The notes below the pieces were generated by a model, which was not told the origin of the DNA, did no database searches, and worked only from the letters and a program-made list of their open reading frames with translations. This document shows, piece by piece, positions 63,574-64,000 of a DNA stretch of 64,000 bases. Origin of the DNA: Pseudovirgaria hyperparasitica (lineage: Eukaryota); NCBI GenBank assembly GCA_010093815.1, contig ML996567.1, one strand, 5' to 3'. The position numbers were made by a program, and so were the translations under genes. Positions within the stretch are counted from its first letter, which is position 1; every line of letters starts with the position of its first letter.

Positions 63574-64000
63574 TCGAACCTTCACAACTTCAACACCTGG
63601 AACTGGCCTCCAGATGACTTGCCTGATACCCAGAACCCATCTCCCAACTCTGACGCTTTTAACACCTGGTCTGCTCTTCGCCAGTTGCTCAACGACGATA
63701 TGGGCGTCCCAGCTTCAACTCCCGTGAACCCCGACGCAGCCTCCACTGGTGAGAGCAGCAACACCAACCTCAATCAGAGCACCGAAGATACCATTGACGA
63801 CGAGGATAATCCCACCGCAACCGCTCTAGCAACCAAGTCTGATGACGCTGCCATGTCCGACGTCCAAGACGACCCCTACGCTCTCAAAGACAACTCCAGA
63901 GACAACAAGTACAAATTCCCAATTCCGTCCAACCCGCTCTGGATTGCCCGCACTGACTCCCCTGAGCCGCGTCTCAGCACGCTCAAGGCATGGCTCATCA
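63574..64000 (+). CDS. Partial CDS of unknown product running off the window
   Basis: After gctgac...tag (63573) the frame SNLHNFNTWNWPPDDLPD...KYKFPIPSNPLWIARTDSPEPRLSTLKAWLI stays open to the end; possible ATG exon at 63519. Confidence 0.55.

Overview
Eukaryotic window from a filamentous ascomycete, based on short GT-AG introns with CTRAC branch sites, strong RIP and fungal gene families. Layout: (1) 1-6.0 kb: low-complexity DNA, an AT-rich relic, an alpha/beta hydrolase, a degraded Fig1/SUR7-like membrane gene and a small acidic repeat protein. (2) ~6.07-49.6 kb: a ~43.5 kb block of heavily RIP-mutated (CpA/TpG->TpA) nested retroelements, comprising two Tad-like LINEs, three related chromodomain Ty3/gypsy elements with ~240-bp LTRs, and one unrelated outer Ty3/gypsy element that hosts later insertions. 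(3) 49.9-64 kb: a HET-NB-ARC-TPR NLR gene, a bilirubin-oxidase-like multicopper oxidase, a PAQR/Izh gene, a PCI/SAC3-like gene, SSF1 and a partial gene. The most unusual signal is in the ~2.3 kb 3' extension of the chromovirus family. All three copies carry a multi-intron gene antisense to gag-pol that, after de-RIPping, encodes a Zn2Cys6-like Cys6 motif plus a coiled coil, and a short Gln-rich sense ORF overlaps it. Other signals: a recombinant element with mismatched LTRs and TSDs, a 31-bp palindrome near both ends of the LINE, and a ~195-bp duplication of the hydrolase 3' end on the far side of the repeat block. All readings inside the repeats rest on manual de-RIP translation, with no database searches run.
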